DNA of 64,000 bases, from assembly GCA_030704615.1 (NCBI GenBank), contig CM060733.1, positions 35,960,001-36,024,000 on the forward strand, in the 5' to 3' direction. Every line of letters begins with the position of its first letter. The first letter of the stretch is position 1. Made by a program: the position numbers and the translations under genes. Source of the DNA: Takakia lepidozioides. Taxonomy: Eukaryota > Plantae > Bryophyta. Under the pieces are notes generated by a model that worked only from the letters and a program-made list of their open reading frames with translations, was not told the DNA's origin and did no database searches. Below, one piece after another: positions 21,530 to 34,282 of this stretch.

Positions 21530-24500
21530 TGCAGCTTGCAGGGTATGCACAGCAGGGGCGTGGGATGGAGGCTTTGGAGACCTATGAGCAAGGGGGGAGG
21601 GGTGAAGCCCGACCACATCACGTCTATGCGCTGGACATATGTCAAATGTGAGTGCATCGAGGATGCAAAGGGAGTGTTCGACAGTATGGCTGAATGAGAT
21701 GTAGTGTCGTGGAGTGCAATGATTGCAAGATATGCACAGCAAGGATGCGGGATGGAGGCTTTGGAGACGTATAAGCAAATGTTGCGCGAAGGGGTGAAGC
21801 CCAACCGCATCACATGAGTTTGTGTTTGCAATGCGTATGAAAGCATGGGAGCCTTGGAAAAACAAGGACAATGTGGTGAGGGCACCTTCTTCGTCGACCA
21901 GCCTGTTTTGCGCTCTCATCAGATTCAGCCCTGAGATGCATATTGAATTCTGTAAGTTAGCTCGTTGGGTGGATCTGTGGTGGTTTGGAATGACTTTGAC
22001 AAGTAACTGCCGCGAGGCAGCAGGAAAGTCTCCAAAAACAAATAACAGAGATGAGGATCTACCAAGCATGGGTGTGGTACGAATGCTTTGGAGACCTATG
22101 AGCAAATGATGCATGAAGGGGTGAAGCCCCACCACATCACGTTCATTTGTGTTTGCAATGCGTGTGCAAGCCTGGGAGCCTTGGAAAAGGGCAAAGAGGT
22201 CCATGATGACATCGTCAAAGCTGGAACTAACCAGATGTCATTCTGAACACTGCCCTGGTAGACATGTATGCCAAATGTGGGTGTATTAAAAATGCAAAGG
22301 GAGTTTTCATTTGGACATGAAATGATTAACACTGGCCTTTTTATGCAGTTGGCTGTTTCACTTGGTAACAATAATACTCTTCACTAGGAAAAGGTAGCAA
22401 AAGCACTGCACCCATTTTTCTCGAAGGAGAAGACAACAATGTCCTACTGCGGCAGGTCCGTGCTCCAGTTTTAATTCAGATCTAGGAGCAAATGTTGCGC
22501 GAAGGGGCGAAGCCCAACCACATCACATTTGTTTGTGTTTGCAATGCGTGTGCAAGCCTAGGAGCTCTGGAAAAGGGGAAAGAGGTCCGTGGTGACATCG
22601 TCCAAGCTGGAATTGTACCAGATGTCATTCCGAACACAGCCCTGGTGGACAAGTATGCCAAATGTGGGTGCATTGTCAGACCTGCAATTGTACAAAATGT
22701 CATTCAGAACAATACCCTTTTGGACATGTATGAAGGGAGTTTTCGACAGTATGGCTGAACGAGATGTGGTGTCGTGGAGTGCGATGATTGCAGGATATGC
22801 ACAGCAAGGGTGCGGGATGGAGGCTTTGGAGACCTAGGAGCAAATGTTAAGGGGCGAAGCCCAACCACATCACATTTTTTTGTGTTTGCAATGTGTGTGC
22901 AAGTCTGGGAGCCCTAAAGAGGTCCGTGGTGACATCGTCAAAGCTGGAATTGTACCTGATGTCATCCTAAACATTGCCCTGGTGGATATGTATGCCAAAT
23001 GTGGGTGCATTAAGGATACGAAGGGAGTTAATTTCAACACCATGGTTGAACGAGATGTGATGTCGTGGAACGCGATGCTTGCAGGGGTATGCACAGCAGG
23101 GGCGTGGGATGGAGGCTTTGGAGACCTATGAGCAAATGATGGGGGAAGGGATGAAGCCACATCACGTTTGTGTGCGTTTGCAGTTCGTGTGCAAGCCTGG
23201 CAGCCCTGGAAAAGGGCAAAGAGGTGCATGGTTGCATCACCAAAGCGAATTGTACCCGATGTGATTCTGAACAATACCCTCGTGGACATGTATGCCAAAT
23301 GTGGGTGCATCAAAGATGCGGATGAAGTGTTCAACAGTATGGCTGAACGAGATTTGGTGTCATGGAATGCCATGCTTGCAGGATATGCACAGCAGGGGCG
23401 CGGGGGATGGAGGCCTTGGAGACCTATGAGCAAATGATGGGTAAGGGGGTGAAGTGCGACCACATCACGTTTGTGTGCGTTTGCAATGCTTGTGCAAGCC
23501 TGGCAGCCCTAGAAAAGGGCAAAGGGTGCATGATGACATCATCAAAGCTGGAATTGTACCAAGGTTGCAATGCGTGTGCAACCTGGGAGCCCTGGAAAAT
23601 GGGAAAGAGGTCCGTGGTGACATTGTCAAAGCTGGAATTGCACCAGATTCATCCTGAACACTGCCCTGATGGACATATGCCAAATGTGGGTGGATCGAGG
23701 ATGCAAAGGGAGTTTTCAACACTGTGGTTGAAAGAAATGTGGTGTCATGGAACACTATGCTTGCAGGGTATGCACAGCAGGGCATGGATGGAGGCTTTGG
23801 AGACCTATGAATGATGGGGGAAGTGTGTGAAGCCCTCATGGAGTGCAATGATTGCAGGATATTAAAGTGGAGAACAACCTTCTTGACGCCAAATGTGGGA
23901 GTGGAAAAGATGCACGTCAGGTTTTCGACAAAAATGCCTGAACGAGATGTGTGGTCTCATGGAATGCCATGATTACAGGATATGCTGAGCATGGCTATGC
24001 TGAAGAGGCTTTCAAGATACAAGCAAATGGAACTGGACGCGATGACACCGAACAAGGTCACATTCGTTTCTGTTGTCAATGCATGTGCCAGTCTAGGGGC
24101 CCTGGAAAAGGGCACGCGGGTCCATGCTGATATTAACAAAGCTGGGGTTGTGTCATATATTAACTTGGACAATGCCCTTGTTAACATGTATGCCAAATGT
24201 GGGGAGTGTTTCACGATGCACGTCAAGTGTTTGAAAAATATGGTTCAGCAAGCATGGAATGCCATAATTGCAGGATATGCTCAACATGGGTGTAGTACAG
24301 AGGCCTTCCAACTATTTGAACAGATGCAACAGGAGGACTTGAAGCCAGATGGTATCACGGCCTCACTCCTACAGTGGAGCATTTTTGCTACATTGTGGAC
24401 CTTCTTGGCCGTGTAGGCCGATGAGATGAGGCAGATGACTTCATCAACAAAATGCCAATTGAACCAGATGCTCTGGTTTGGGGGACCTTGCTTGCTGCTG

Positions 24501-25430
24501 CGCCAGAATTCATGGGGATGTGGAGGTAGCAGAACATGCAGCAAAATCTCTTCTCAAGTGCGATCCAAACCACCATGCAGCTTATGTGCTGCTATCCAAC
24601 ATCTACGCCGCATCTGGCAGGTGACAATATGACACAACATGATGTGGTTTCATGGAGGACCATGATTGCAGCATATGCTCGACATGAGTATGGTAGGGAG
24701 GCTGTTGAGATGTATGACAAATGCAAAATAAAGGGCTAACGCTCAACAACGTCACATTCACTTGTGTTCTCAATGCATGTGCCAGCTTGGGAGCCTTGGA
24801 GAAGGGCAAAGAGGTCCATGCTGACATCATTAAATCTGGAATTGCATGCTACATAAGAAGACTACGCTTGTGGACACGTATGCAAAATGTGGGAGCATAA
24901 AGGATGCGCGTCAAGCTTTTGACAATTGGCTAAACGAGAGATAGTATCATGGAACACCATGATCGCAGGGTGTGCTCAACATGGATGTGACAAGGAGGCT
25001 TTCGAGATATATGAGAGATTGCAGCAAGACAGGCTGGAGGCTTTGGAGACCTCTGAACAAATGATGGGGGAAGTGGTGAAGCCCGACCACATCACGTTTG
25101 CGTGCGTTTGCAGTGCATATGCAAGCCTGGCAGCCCTGGAAAAGGGCATGGTTGCATCGCCAAAGCTGGAATTGTACCAGATGTAGTTCTGAACAATCCC
25201 CTCGTGGACATGTATGCCAATGTGGAATGCGATGATCGCAGGATATGCCCAACATGTTGTCATAGGGAGGTCCTGCAACTATTTGAAGGAATGCAAAAGA
25301 ATGGCTTGAAGTTGGACAGCCTTTATATGTGTTCTCTCTGCATGCAGCCACATTGGCCTACTGAATGAAGGAAGACGGTACTTTGATTCCCTGAGTCAGA
25401 TCATGGTATCACCCGACTAAAGCACTTTGG
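21530..25430 (+). pseudogene. Degenerate PLS-class PPR gene(s) with an E/E+ domain remnant (organellar RNA-editing factor family)
   Basis: Many tandem P-L-S triplets ([40 protein letters not shown]). E-domain remnant at ~24370-24620 (VDLLGR..INKMPIEPDALVWGTLLAA..YVLLSNIYA across frames). Numerous stops and frameshifts, with non-PPR inserts. Confidence 0.88.
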
Positions 25431-25642
25431 CTGCAGATAAGGAGGCCTTACGCAGCTTCATCAGCAGTGCAATGCTGTTTGGTGAGTACATTCTTAGACT
25501 GTCACTTCCTTCAATTGATTCCTTTCTTTTGAGGTGGCTGGAGGGGGTTTATGAGTTTGGATCAGGGGTTAAATGTACTGAAAGATAATGTTGATATCAA
25601 AGACGAGAGCTTCATGGCAAATTGCAAGGCTATGGAGCAGCT

Positions 25643-26374
25643 TGTCGCGCACCTCACTTCGGTAAGCTCCCCTTCAAGTCATAGTTACTCGCTTTGATGC
25701 GCGCGCGCCTGACTCCCCAACCTGGCCGCCGGGCCAACTCGGGAGCTTCGGCTGCTCACCGGGACAAACGGTCCCCTTCGCTCTCCCGAAAGACCCTCCA
25801 CCTATTTGGGCCTAGTGGAATTCCCTTTGGTAGATGGCAGTCCGGAACAGCTCCCCCACTCTTTGGTCGCTTTCCGGCGGCTTGCTTACTCACTAGTTTT
25901 TGGACACCAACGGGCTTGCACCGTTCTCGGGGTTACTACTCCCCTATATATACTTCTGTAGCTGTCCGCGGGGGGGTTTCACAACCAGCCATGCCATTTT
26001 ATGGCGAACCACCACGAAGACCCTCGACTCCCGGTGGTGAGTCGCGGTGAGTCTTGGCCCTCTCACCACGACCCCATTGGGCCGTGATGAGTCCCAAGAC
26101 TCCCCACGACTCCCACCACGAGGTCTCCACCCTGTGGTGGGTCCTATGCCACCCCCACTAAGACCCGCTAAGCTACCACCACCCCTTGTGGAGCCACCCC
26201 ACCGCAACCCGGTGTGCAGGGCTCCACCTAGTGAGCGCCTCCGCCTCCTTGAGTGCCTTGGACACTCAAGGGTGCTTCAGCCCCCCCCATACCTATCGCT
26301 GCCGCTGCCCCCACCACAGGGGCAGCCCCTCATGTGTCCCGAGACCCACGCCCTCAAGGCAAAGGGCCGCGACA
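25643..26374 (-). repeat. 3' LTR of the chromovirus
   Basis: Direct repeat of 31908-32633. Confidence 0.95.
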
Positions 26375-27241
26375 CACACCCGTACCAACAGGGAGTCGAT
26401 GTCCTCATCGACTTGTCCCATTTTGTAGAAACGAAACATCCAAGTTGTGGCGTCCCACATCAAGGGAGTTTGTTTCCGCACCATGGCGTCCCATGGCAAA
26501 GAACCAAACCCCACACTTGACTCTACTCTCCACTAGCTAGTTCGGCCGACTTCCTCCAAGTCCCGTCCAAGGGTGGAGCCTCTCAAGCTCCTCTCCAGTG
26601 CACTCTTCTTGGCCTACTTTAAGGCCAAGGAACGATCCTCCCCGAGGATCGAATCGCCTTACTGCAACAACATTGCTTGCGACCGCTCATGATGCCGCTT
26701 TTTGCATCATCTTGAGCAGGGTTCCCTGGGAAACCCTCTTTGACTAGGAAGAAACCTTGAACCAACCGTGCGCCCCAATCACTACAATTGGGTCCGCCTT
26801 GGAATGCTGGCCTGAGGTACGGGAACACGCCGAAGCCGTACTACGACTACGTCCCGAGGCTACACGATTATAGTACGTGAACGGAAGCACGTAGCTTCCG
26901 CGTTAGCCCGCACTACAAGGCGACCCCCTCGGTAGCGCAGTTATAGTACGCGCACGCGCCAGGTGCGCACACAGCACGTGAACTCCCAAAGAGGTGCAAG
27001 TTTCCTTGCCCCTTGGATGGGGGTCACCCAAATTTCGGCACTACGCAAACACACGATTAACCCAATTTACCTCTCCCACTTTATAAGCTAGCATGCATTC
27101 TACACCACTAGCCAAACCATACCATGCATCACCATTCCAAACAAAATAGGACGCACAACATTTTGGAAATCCATTTCATTTATAGCACGTTTTGTACAAT
27201 AAAAGTTTTTGCAATCGGATTCCTAAGCTAGCTAAGCCGGG

Positions 27242-30200
27242 CTAAGCATGCATTTCCTGCCCCCACGCTCCAAGGTTGATGTCCCCATCAACGCTTCTTC
27301 GCTTTTGAGGTCGCCCTTCGAAAGCTGCAACCGCCTCGGATGGCGTTTCCCATTTTGAGGCACGCACCCAAGATGCCTCCACATGATGATAGCCCTTCCA
27401 TTTGACGAGATACTCCATTTCTCGGTTCCTGAACCTCCTCGACTTAAGTATTGCCTCCACCTCGTACTCAGGTTCATTTTCATGATCCAACAGCATAGGT
27501 GGCGGACGCAACACTTGATGCCGATTCGGACGCGCTTCATCTTTGAAGTAAGGCTTCAAAAGGGAGACATGGAATACTGGGTGCACTTTGCTGTTTGTCG
27601 GCAGCTCCAATTCATACACATCTCATTCATAACCTTCCGAATGCGAAAGGGTCCCGCATACGGAGGTATGAACTTCGGACTCACTTCCGGAGGTAGTCGG
27701 AAATTCTTGATGTTCAACCAGACCTCTGTGCCCTGCCTCAAACTTCACTTCCCTCCACTTCCGATTCGCCTGCCTTTCATTACCGTTTCCTAGTTTTGGC
27801 AATATTTGTACTTTGCGGAGCTTCAACAAAACGCTCGCGTTTTCCAAGTTACCGCCGTACTTCTGGTTCCTCAACGTCCTGGGGCGGCCTAACTGTCGGC
27901 ACCAGAGGTGCTTTCCATAGACCAATACGAAAAGGGGAAACTCCCGTTGCGGAGTGTTCTGTGTTGTTATTATAACAGAACTCTTGCCGCGTCTAAGTGT
28001 TCCATCCAGTCTGATTGGTCTGCCGACAAGTAATTCCGCAAGAATTGCTTCACTACGGAATTCACTCTTTCCGTTTGGCGTCCGTCGTAGGTCGGAAGGG
28101 CGGTGCTTCATCTTCAGGCCTCGTCCCCATTCTTCTTCCAAAGTGCTCTCCAGAATTTACTCGTAAACTTTGGATCGCTGTCCGAGACAATATCCTTCGG
28201 GACTCCATGATGCTTTAAGACGTGGGCGAAGTAAAGTCGCCCTGTCTCCTGCGCCGTTGCCGTCTCCTTGGTGGGGATGAAATGGCCCATTTACTGAACC
28301 TATCCACCACCACCATGATTGCATCGAATCCTTTTGACAGCGGCATAGCAGTCATGAAATCCATCGAGACGCTTTCCCAAGTCCCCTCTGGAATCGGCAA
28401 GGGTTGTAACAGCCCCACTTGCTTTTTGTACTCGCTCCGGTTTTGTTGGCATGTGGTGCATGTCTTAACATACTCCTCTGCCTCCTCCCTCAGTTTGGGC
28501 CAGAAATACCCTTTCTTCAAGAGTGCCGCAGTGGGCTTGGCTCCGCCGTGGCCCGCAAGCGGGCTATCATGACATTCTCTCAAGAGGCTATCTCTGATCC
28601 CTCCTTTTGGCACGTAGAGAGGTTTTTGCTTATACCGGAGCAGTCCATTTTGCAAGTGGAACTGCGATTTAACCCCCATCCTCAAGTCCCTGCATCACGG
28701 ACTTCGCCAGCTCATCCTTCCAGCAAGCCTTCCGGATCTTCCTTTGGAGTGCCGACTCGCCTTTGTACACCAACAAAAGCTGCTGCTTTCTACTTAAAGC
28801 ATCGGCCACCACATTGTCCCGTCCCGGTTTGTACTGGATATCCACGTCGAACACCGCCAAAGTATCTTGCCACCTAAGTTGTTTTGGGGGACAACTTGGG
28901 CTGCGTGGCAAAATACTTCACTGTGACATTGTCCGTGAACACCTTCACTGGGTTGGAAACCAACATAGTGGCGCCAAAGCTCAAGGCAATGCACCACCGC
29001 ATTCATCTCTTTTTCGTGCGTCGGCCACCGTCGCTCCACTTCATTCAGTTTCTTACATTCGTAAGCCACTGGACGTCATCTTGCATAAGTACACCCCCAA
29101 TCGCGAAGTCCGACGCATCTGTATGAATCTCAAATGGACGATCGAACTCCGGGATTTTCAAGACTGGAGCTTCCGCCATCCGTTGCTTCAATTCAGCAAA
29201 AGCTTGGCCACAAAAGGTGTTCCATGCCCAGACTTTAGATTTACACAGAAGGTCCGACAGCAGCCCCGTGATCTTGGCGAAATTTCTCACATACTTCCGG
29301 TAATAGGAGGCGAGTCCTAGGAAGGATCGCACTCCCGAGACCGAAGTCGGAGGCTCCCAGTCCAAGATCGCCCTCACCTTTCTGTCATCCATTTTGATCC
29401 CTCCTGTGTAATCACATGCCCCAGGAACTCCACTTTTGTGACCCCGAATTCGCACTTGAAGCTTTGGCATACAGCTTCCCTCTCTCGCAATTTTTGGAAC
29501 ACCCTTTTGAGGTGCTCCAGGTGCTCCTCCTTTTTTCGAGTACACCAAGATGTCGTCGATGTACACGATCACAAAGTCATCCAACCACTCCTGGAAAAGG
29601 TTGTTCATCAGCGTGTTAAATGTCGCTGGTGCATTGGTGAGCCCAAAAGGCATCACCAAGAACTCATATGAACCATACCTTGTCGTGCACGCGGTCTTCT
29701 CCTCTCTCCTTCCCACCCGATTTGATGATAGCCGGAGCGCAAGTCGATCCGGCTGAAATACTTCGCTCCTGCCAACCGATCGAAGAGGTCGTCGATCCTT
29801 GGCAAAGGGTACCGGTTTTTGATAGTCACCTTATTCAGAGCCCTGTAATCGACACACATCCGCAGCGTCCCATCCTTCTTGTCTGCGAATAGCACGGGGC
29901 TCCGTAAGGTGACTTACTCGGCCGGATGTACCCCTTTGACATTAGATCCTTGAGCTGAGTCTTCAGCTCGACCAACTCCCTGTGGCTTAACCGGTAGGGT
30001 GCCTTGGCAGGCGGTTCCGTTCCCGATATCACCTCAATCTTGTGGTCAACTCCTCTTCGTGGTGGCAAGCCGCTTGGTAAATCCTCCGGCATCACATCCT
30101 GATATTTCTCCCAAATCCCCTTGATCCAATCTGGGCTCGGCTCCCCCATCGCCTTCTCCCTTCACTTCTCTAATGTAAAGCAAAAACTGGGGTTCGTGTG

Positions 30201-31655
30201 TCTCCTCCACGGCCCACTCCCTTGCTGACAGAAGGTTTATTCGCCTCCCACGGATTTGGGCGTTTCTGACACTCGTAAAACCTCGCCACCATTCCCACAT
30301 GGCAGCGTGACTACTCTCTTGGCGGCCATCTATGACCGCTCCGGATTTGCTCAAAAAGGTCATCCCCAAAATGAGATCCACTCCATCGATCTCGCAGATG
30401 GTGAAGTTCTCACGTCCCTCCAACTCCCCAGTTGAAGAGGAACATCAATCGCCAACCTTGTCGCCAACTGTGGTTCTCCTTTGGCAGAACGCACCTCAAT
30501 AGAGGCCCCCACGTCACTTGTCGGGAGTCCCAGCTTTTGTGTCGTTGCCGGTGCCATGAAGGAGTGCGTCGCTCCTGTGTCCACCAACAACGACACATTA
30601 GTTCCGGATATTATCCCATCCACGAACAATAACTGACTCTCTTTTTGTAAGGCGCCAGTTTCCTGATACAACTCACAAGAAAATTTGCCTACCTTGCAAG
30701 TCCTGGCGACCACCGCTTCCACCAAGCGACTGATGGTATCTTCCGACAGCTCCGTGGTTGCCCGAGGCATATTCAATTGTCGAGGTTTTGTGCACTTTTT
30801 GGCCATGTGCCCGGGCTCCCCGCAATTGAAACACACTCCATCAAAGGTTGCCTTCTGTCTGCCATAAGCCGCTCCACCCGCTTTTCCTTTTGAAGCACCG
30901 GGTGCCGCCTTGACGTGTGAAGGACCTCCCTTCGATTTCACGTGCCATTTTCGCCGCGTGGCCTATCCCACTTCTTTTCCGGTCGGGAGGAGTCACCTTC
31001 CCGCCGAATCTTCTTGTGGTTCAGCTTCGTACGGCCTTGTCTTTCACCCCTAGGGGACATCTGAGAAACATTCAGCCCTCTCAATAGCCTCGTTCAAAGT
31101 CTTGGGTGGCTTCTCCTCCAACTTCCGCCTGGCCCATGGGGCCAGTCCCACCACAAAGTTGAAGACCATTTCTGGTTCTGCCATGTCCGCGACCTCGAGC
31201 AACAGCACATTGAAAGCCTGGACATATCCCCGAATGTCATCTGTTTGCTTCAAATTCCTCATCTTGTCCCGGGCGAGCCAGGACGCGTTGAGGGGCACAA
31301 ACTGTCTTTTCATCAATTCCTTGAACCCACTCCAGCTCAAGGTTTCCGGGCTTGGACCTCGGTCGTGAAGGCGTTTCTGCCACCATTGTTGAGCATAGCC
31401 CCTCAAATAGGTGGGAGCCACTTCCACCCGATCCTCGTCACTCAACTTGGCCGCCCGGAAGTACTGCTCTAGCTCCAAGAGCCAGGTGTTGAGTGCCTTC
31501 CGATTTCGGATGCCCTCGAAGGTGCCGGGTTCCTTAGGCTTCACCTTAAACTTTGCCTTAGTGGAAGTGGCATTAGCCGCCTTCAACACGTCTTTCAATG
31601 TCCCGCCAAACTGCGCCAGCAACCCTTCCCAAAAGGCTGCCGGCATGGGGGGCAT
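27242..31655 (-). CDS. Chromovirus gag-pol (multiple frameshifts)
   Basis: Gag [14 protein letters not shown]; [10 protein letters not shown]; [16 protein letters not shown]; RH HTDASD; [18 protein letters not shown]; chromodomain EYEVEAIL...EYLVKWKGY...ASW. Confidence 0.92.
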
Positions 31656-31893
31656 CTATTGGTTTGTCGGAGCTCTCAAGGATTCCTCGGGCTCCGACTC
31701 CTCAGATTTTCTCCGCTCTTGCGCGGCCTCATTTTCAGAAGCATGCATCGCTTCCTCAAACGGCCACCTCGGTGACACGTCGCCCCATCGGGCTCACCAG
31801 GGTCATCATCTTTTGGGCCATTCCGCTTTCGCTTTGGCTTGCCCGACCCCATGATGAGGCCAATCCCAAGGACGATCGCGTACTGGACTCTAA

Positions 31894-31905
31894 GCTCTGA
31901 TACCA
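31894..31905 (-). other. tRNA-iMet primer-binding site
   Basis: Minus strand TGGTATCAGAGC, 2 nt after the 5' LTR. Confidence 0.92.
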
Positions 31906-31907
31906 AG

Positions 31908-32633
31908 TGTCGCACACCTCACTTCGGTAAGCTCCCCTTCAAGTCATAGTTACTCGCTTTGATGCGCGCGCCTGACTCCCAACCTGGCCGCCGGGCCAAC
32001 TCGGAGCTTCGGCTGCTCACCGGGACATAACGGTCCCCCTTCGCTCTCCCGAAAGACCCTCCACCTATTTGGGCCTAGTGGAATTCCCTTTGGTAGATGG
32101 CAGTCCGGAATAGCTCCCCACTCTTTGGTCGCTTTCCGGCTCGCTTGCTTACTCACTAGTTTTTGGACACCAACGGGCTTGCACCGTTCTCGGGGTTACT
32201 ACTCCCTATATATACTTCTGTAGCTGTCCGCGGGGGTTTCACAACCAGCCATGCCATTTTATGGCGAACCACCACGAAGACCTCGACTCCGGTGGTGAGT
32301 CGCGGTGAGTCTTGGCCCTCTCACCACGACCCCATTGGGCCGTGATGAGTCCCAAGACTCCCCACGACTCCCACCACGAGGTCTCCCACCTATGGTGAGT
32401 CCTATGCCACCCCCACTAAGACCCGCTAAGCTACCACCACCCCTTGTGGAGCCACCCCCACCGCAACCCGGTGTGCAGGGCTCCACCTAGTGAGCGCCTC
32501 CGCCTCCTTGAGTGCCTTGGACACTCAAGGGTGCTTCAGCCCCCCCCCATACCTATCGCTGCCGCTGCCCCCACCACAGGGGCAGCCCCTCATGTGTCCC
32601 GACCCCCCGCCCTCAAGGCAAAGGGCCGCGACA
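31908..32633 (-). repeat. 5' LTR of the chromovirus
   Basis: Direct repeat of 25643-26374. Confidence 0.95.
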
Positions 32634-33395
32634 CAGCTCCTGGTTGACCTTAGTAGGCAGCAAGTTGAGAAGGTACCTCCTCTATTGTGAGAGAGAGGAC
32701 AGAGCACATGCCTCCATCTTCAAAGCCTTGCAAGTGGCTTTGGCTATTGTGATGCTCATATGCTCACAAATCTGGCGAGATGTGGTTGTTTGTTTTCGGG
32801 AAGAGGGCGTATCAACTAGAACAGAATGAGAAAGAAAAAGGAACTTTATAACATCCACAGAGAGGTAAAATGTTTTTCGCATAGTATACATTTCCAATCA
32901 AAAGATACAAAGAGACAGGACAGTTTCAAGAGAAATGATCTTTTTTCATAAAAGAACAATTGTTTAGTCATTGATAATTTTTTCAATGTTTTTACACAGG
33001 TTTTTTCAAAGATTTACCAACTACAGTTTTAATAAATTCCATATTTTCTACGTGTATAGGAGTTTTGGCCAAAAGTTTAACTGCTATTATCTGGAAAGAA
33101 ATCCCGTGTTTCTTCTTTCGGAGGTTTTGCCAATATCTTGAGTGGCACTTGATGGCCACAAAGTCTCCCATATTCACAGACGATCCCGCAATTTTACCGG
33201 GCAGAAAAGGGGGTTCAACTCCCCCTCACTTCGTGGGCATACATAGGGGTATGCCTATGACGATTATACTTTTGCATAGTTCCTCATGTTTTATGCATAG
33301 TATATATTTCCAATTATCAAAAGAATCACCGTATGCGTGGGGATGACCCACCCCTTTTTGTGCCAATTGAACGGTAGTTCTCAGAATTCGCACAT

Positions 33396-33612
33396 CAGCT
33401 GTTAGCTCAGCTGATAAGTGCACAATGTGTCGCCCTGGTGGTTGGGGGTTCAAACCCGCTGCCCTGCCTGGTGTGTGGATTGTTCGTGACCGTCGGTGGT
33501 GGTCGTGACGTTTCCCACCTGTGTGCCTAATGGCTTATCTGAGTTAATTTTTCCCCCTCCTCAAGGGCCTGAATTGTGAGCAGGGTTTCCTTTAAATAAA
33601 TAAATAAATAAA
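33396..33612 (+). mobile_element. tRNA-derived SINE
   Basis: A-box-like TAGCTCAGCTG, B-box GGTTCAAACCC, 3' motif GGGCCTGAATTGTGAGC and (AAAT)n tail. Confidence 0.6.
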
Positions 33613-33900
33613 TTCTCAACCGACTTCCACTCTAGACAAAACAAATGCTAAATCCCTCCCCCTCACTTCTTGGGCATAGATAGAATTAGCTGCATCAAAC
33701 AAGGAAATGTGGAGACGTGACATGATAGCTTGGGCAACACTTCGCCATACTCTTCTGAAAAACAATGAAATATGGGATGTTTGTATATAACACCATGGGG
33801 ATAACCCCACCCTTTTTTGTGAAAATTGAACATAGTTATCAGAATTCGTCGCTAGTAGTGCAGAGCAACGCGAAGCTGTAGTATACTAATATATGACCGA

Positions 33901-34136
33901 CAGTTAGTAGCTCAGTTGGTAAAGTGCACTGAGTGCCATCCGGATAACCCTGGGGTCAAATCCTGCTACTTAACGGATGTGGTACGCTCTTCTCCCCCGT
34001 CTCTGCGCAGTGTCGCATCGGAAAGCCTTACGGCGAGGTTATTTTTCTCTCTCTCTATCAAGGGGCCTGATTTGTGAGCTGTCGCTCCCAGGTGTTTCCC
34101 TTTTTAAAAAATATATATATATATATATATATATAT
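33901..34136 (+). mobile_element. tRNA-derived SINE (same 3' motif)
   Basis: TAGCTCAGTTGGTAAAGTGC...GGTCAAATCC head, GGCCTGATTTGTGAGCTGTCGCTCCCAGG 3' motif, and (AT)n tail. Confidence 0.6.
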
Positions 34137-34282
34137 GGTGTGATGAAAACATCATGATTACCCATCATATTATTCACAAGATCATATAATCAGCCTATAC
34201 AAAAATAGCCACCTTTGTTTTATTTTATTTTTGAGTAGCATACCGTAGTACCTTGGTAATTTCGACACAAATTTTAATTTTA

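Larger units (their letters stand above)
25643..32633 (-). mobile_element. Full-length Ty3/Gypsy chromovirus (Galadriel-like)
   Basis: ~730-bp LTRs with TG...CA ends, 5-bp TSD CAGCT (25638-25642 and 32634-32638), tRNA-iMet PBS, and gag-PR-RT-RH-IN-chromodomain. Confidence 0.95.

Noticed and set aside
25694-26540. ORFs within the chromovirus LTR (and their copies at 31.9-32.8 kb)
   Set aside because: Pro/Gly-rich chance ORFs whose frames are not conserved between the two LTRs.
32639-32830. Possible DYW-domain remnant after the PPR array
   Set aside because: Only vague similarity (IFKALQV..RDVVV). No HxE or CxxC motif is visible.
33396-33970. tRNA genes
   Set aside because: A/B boxes are present but there is no convincing cloverleaf, and SINE-like tails follow.
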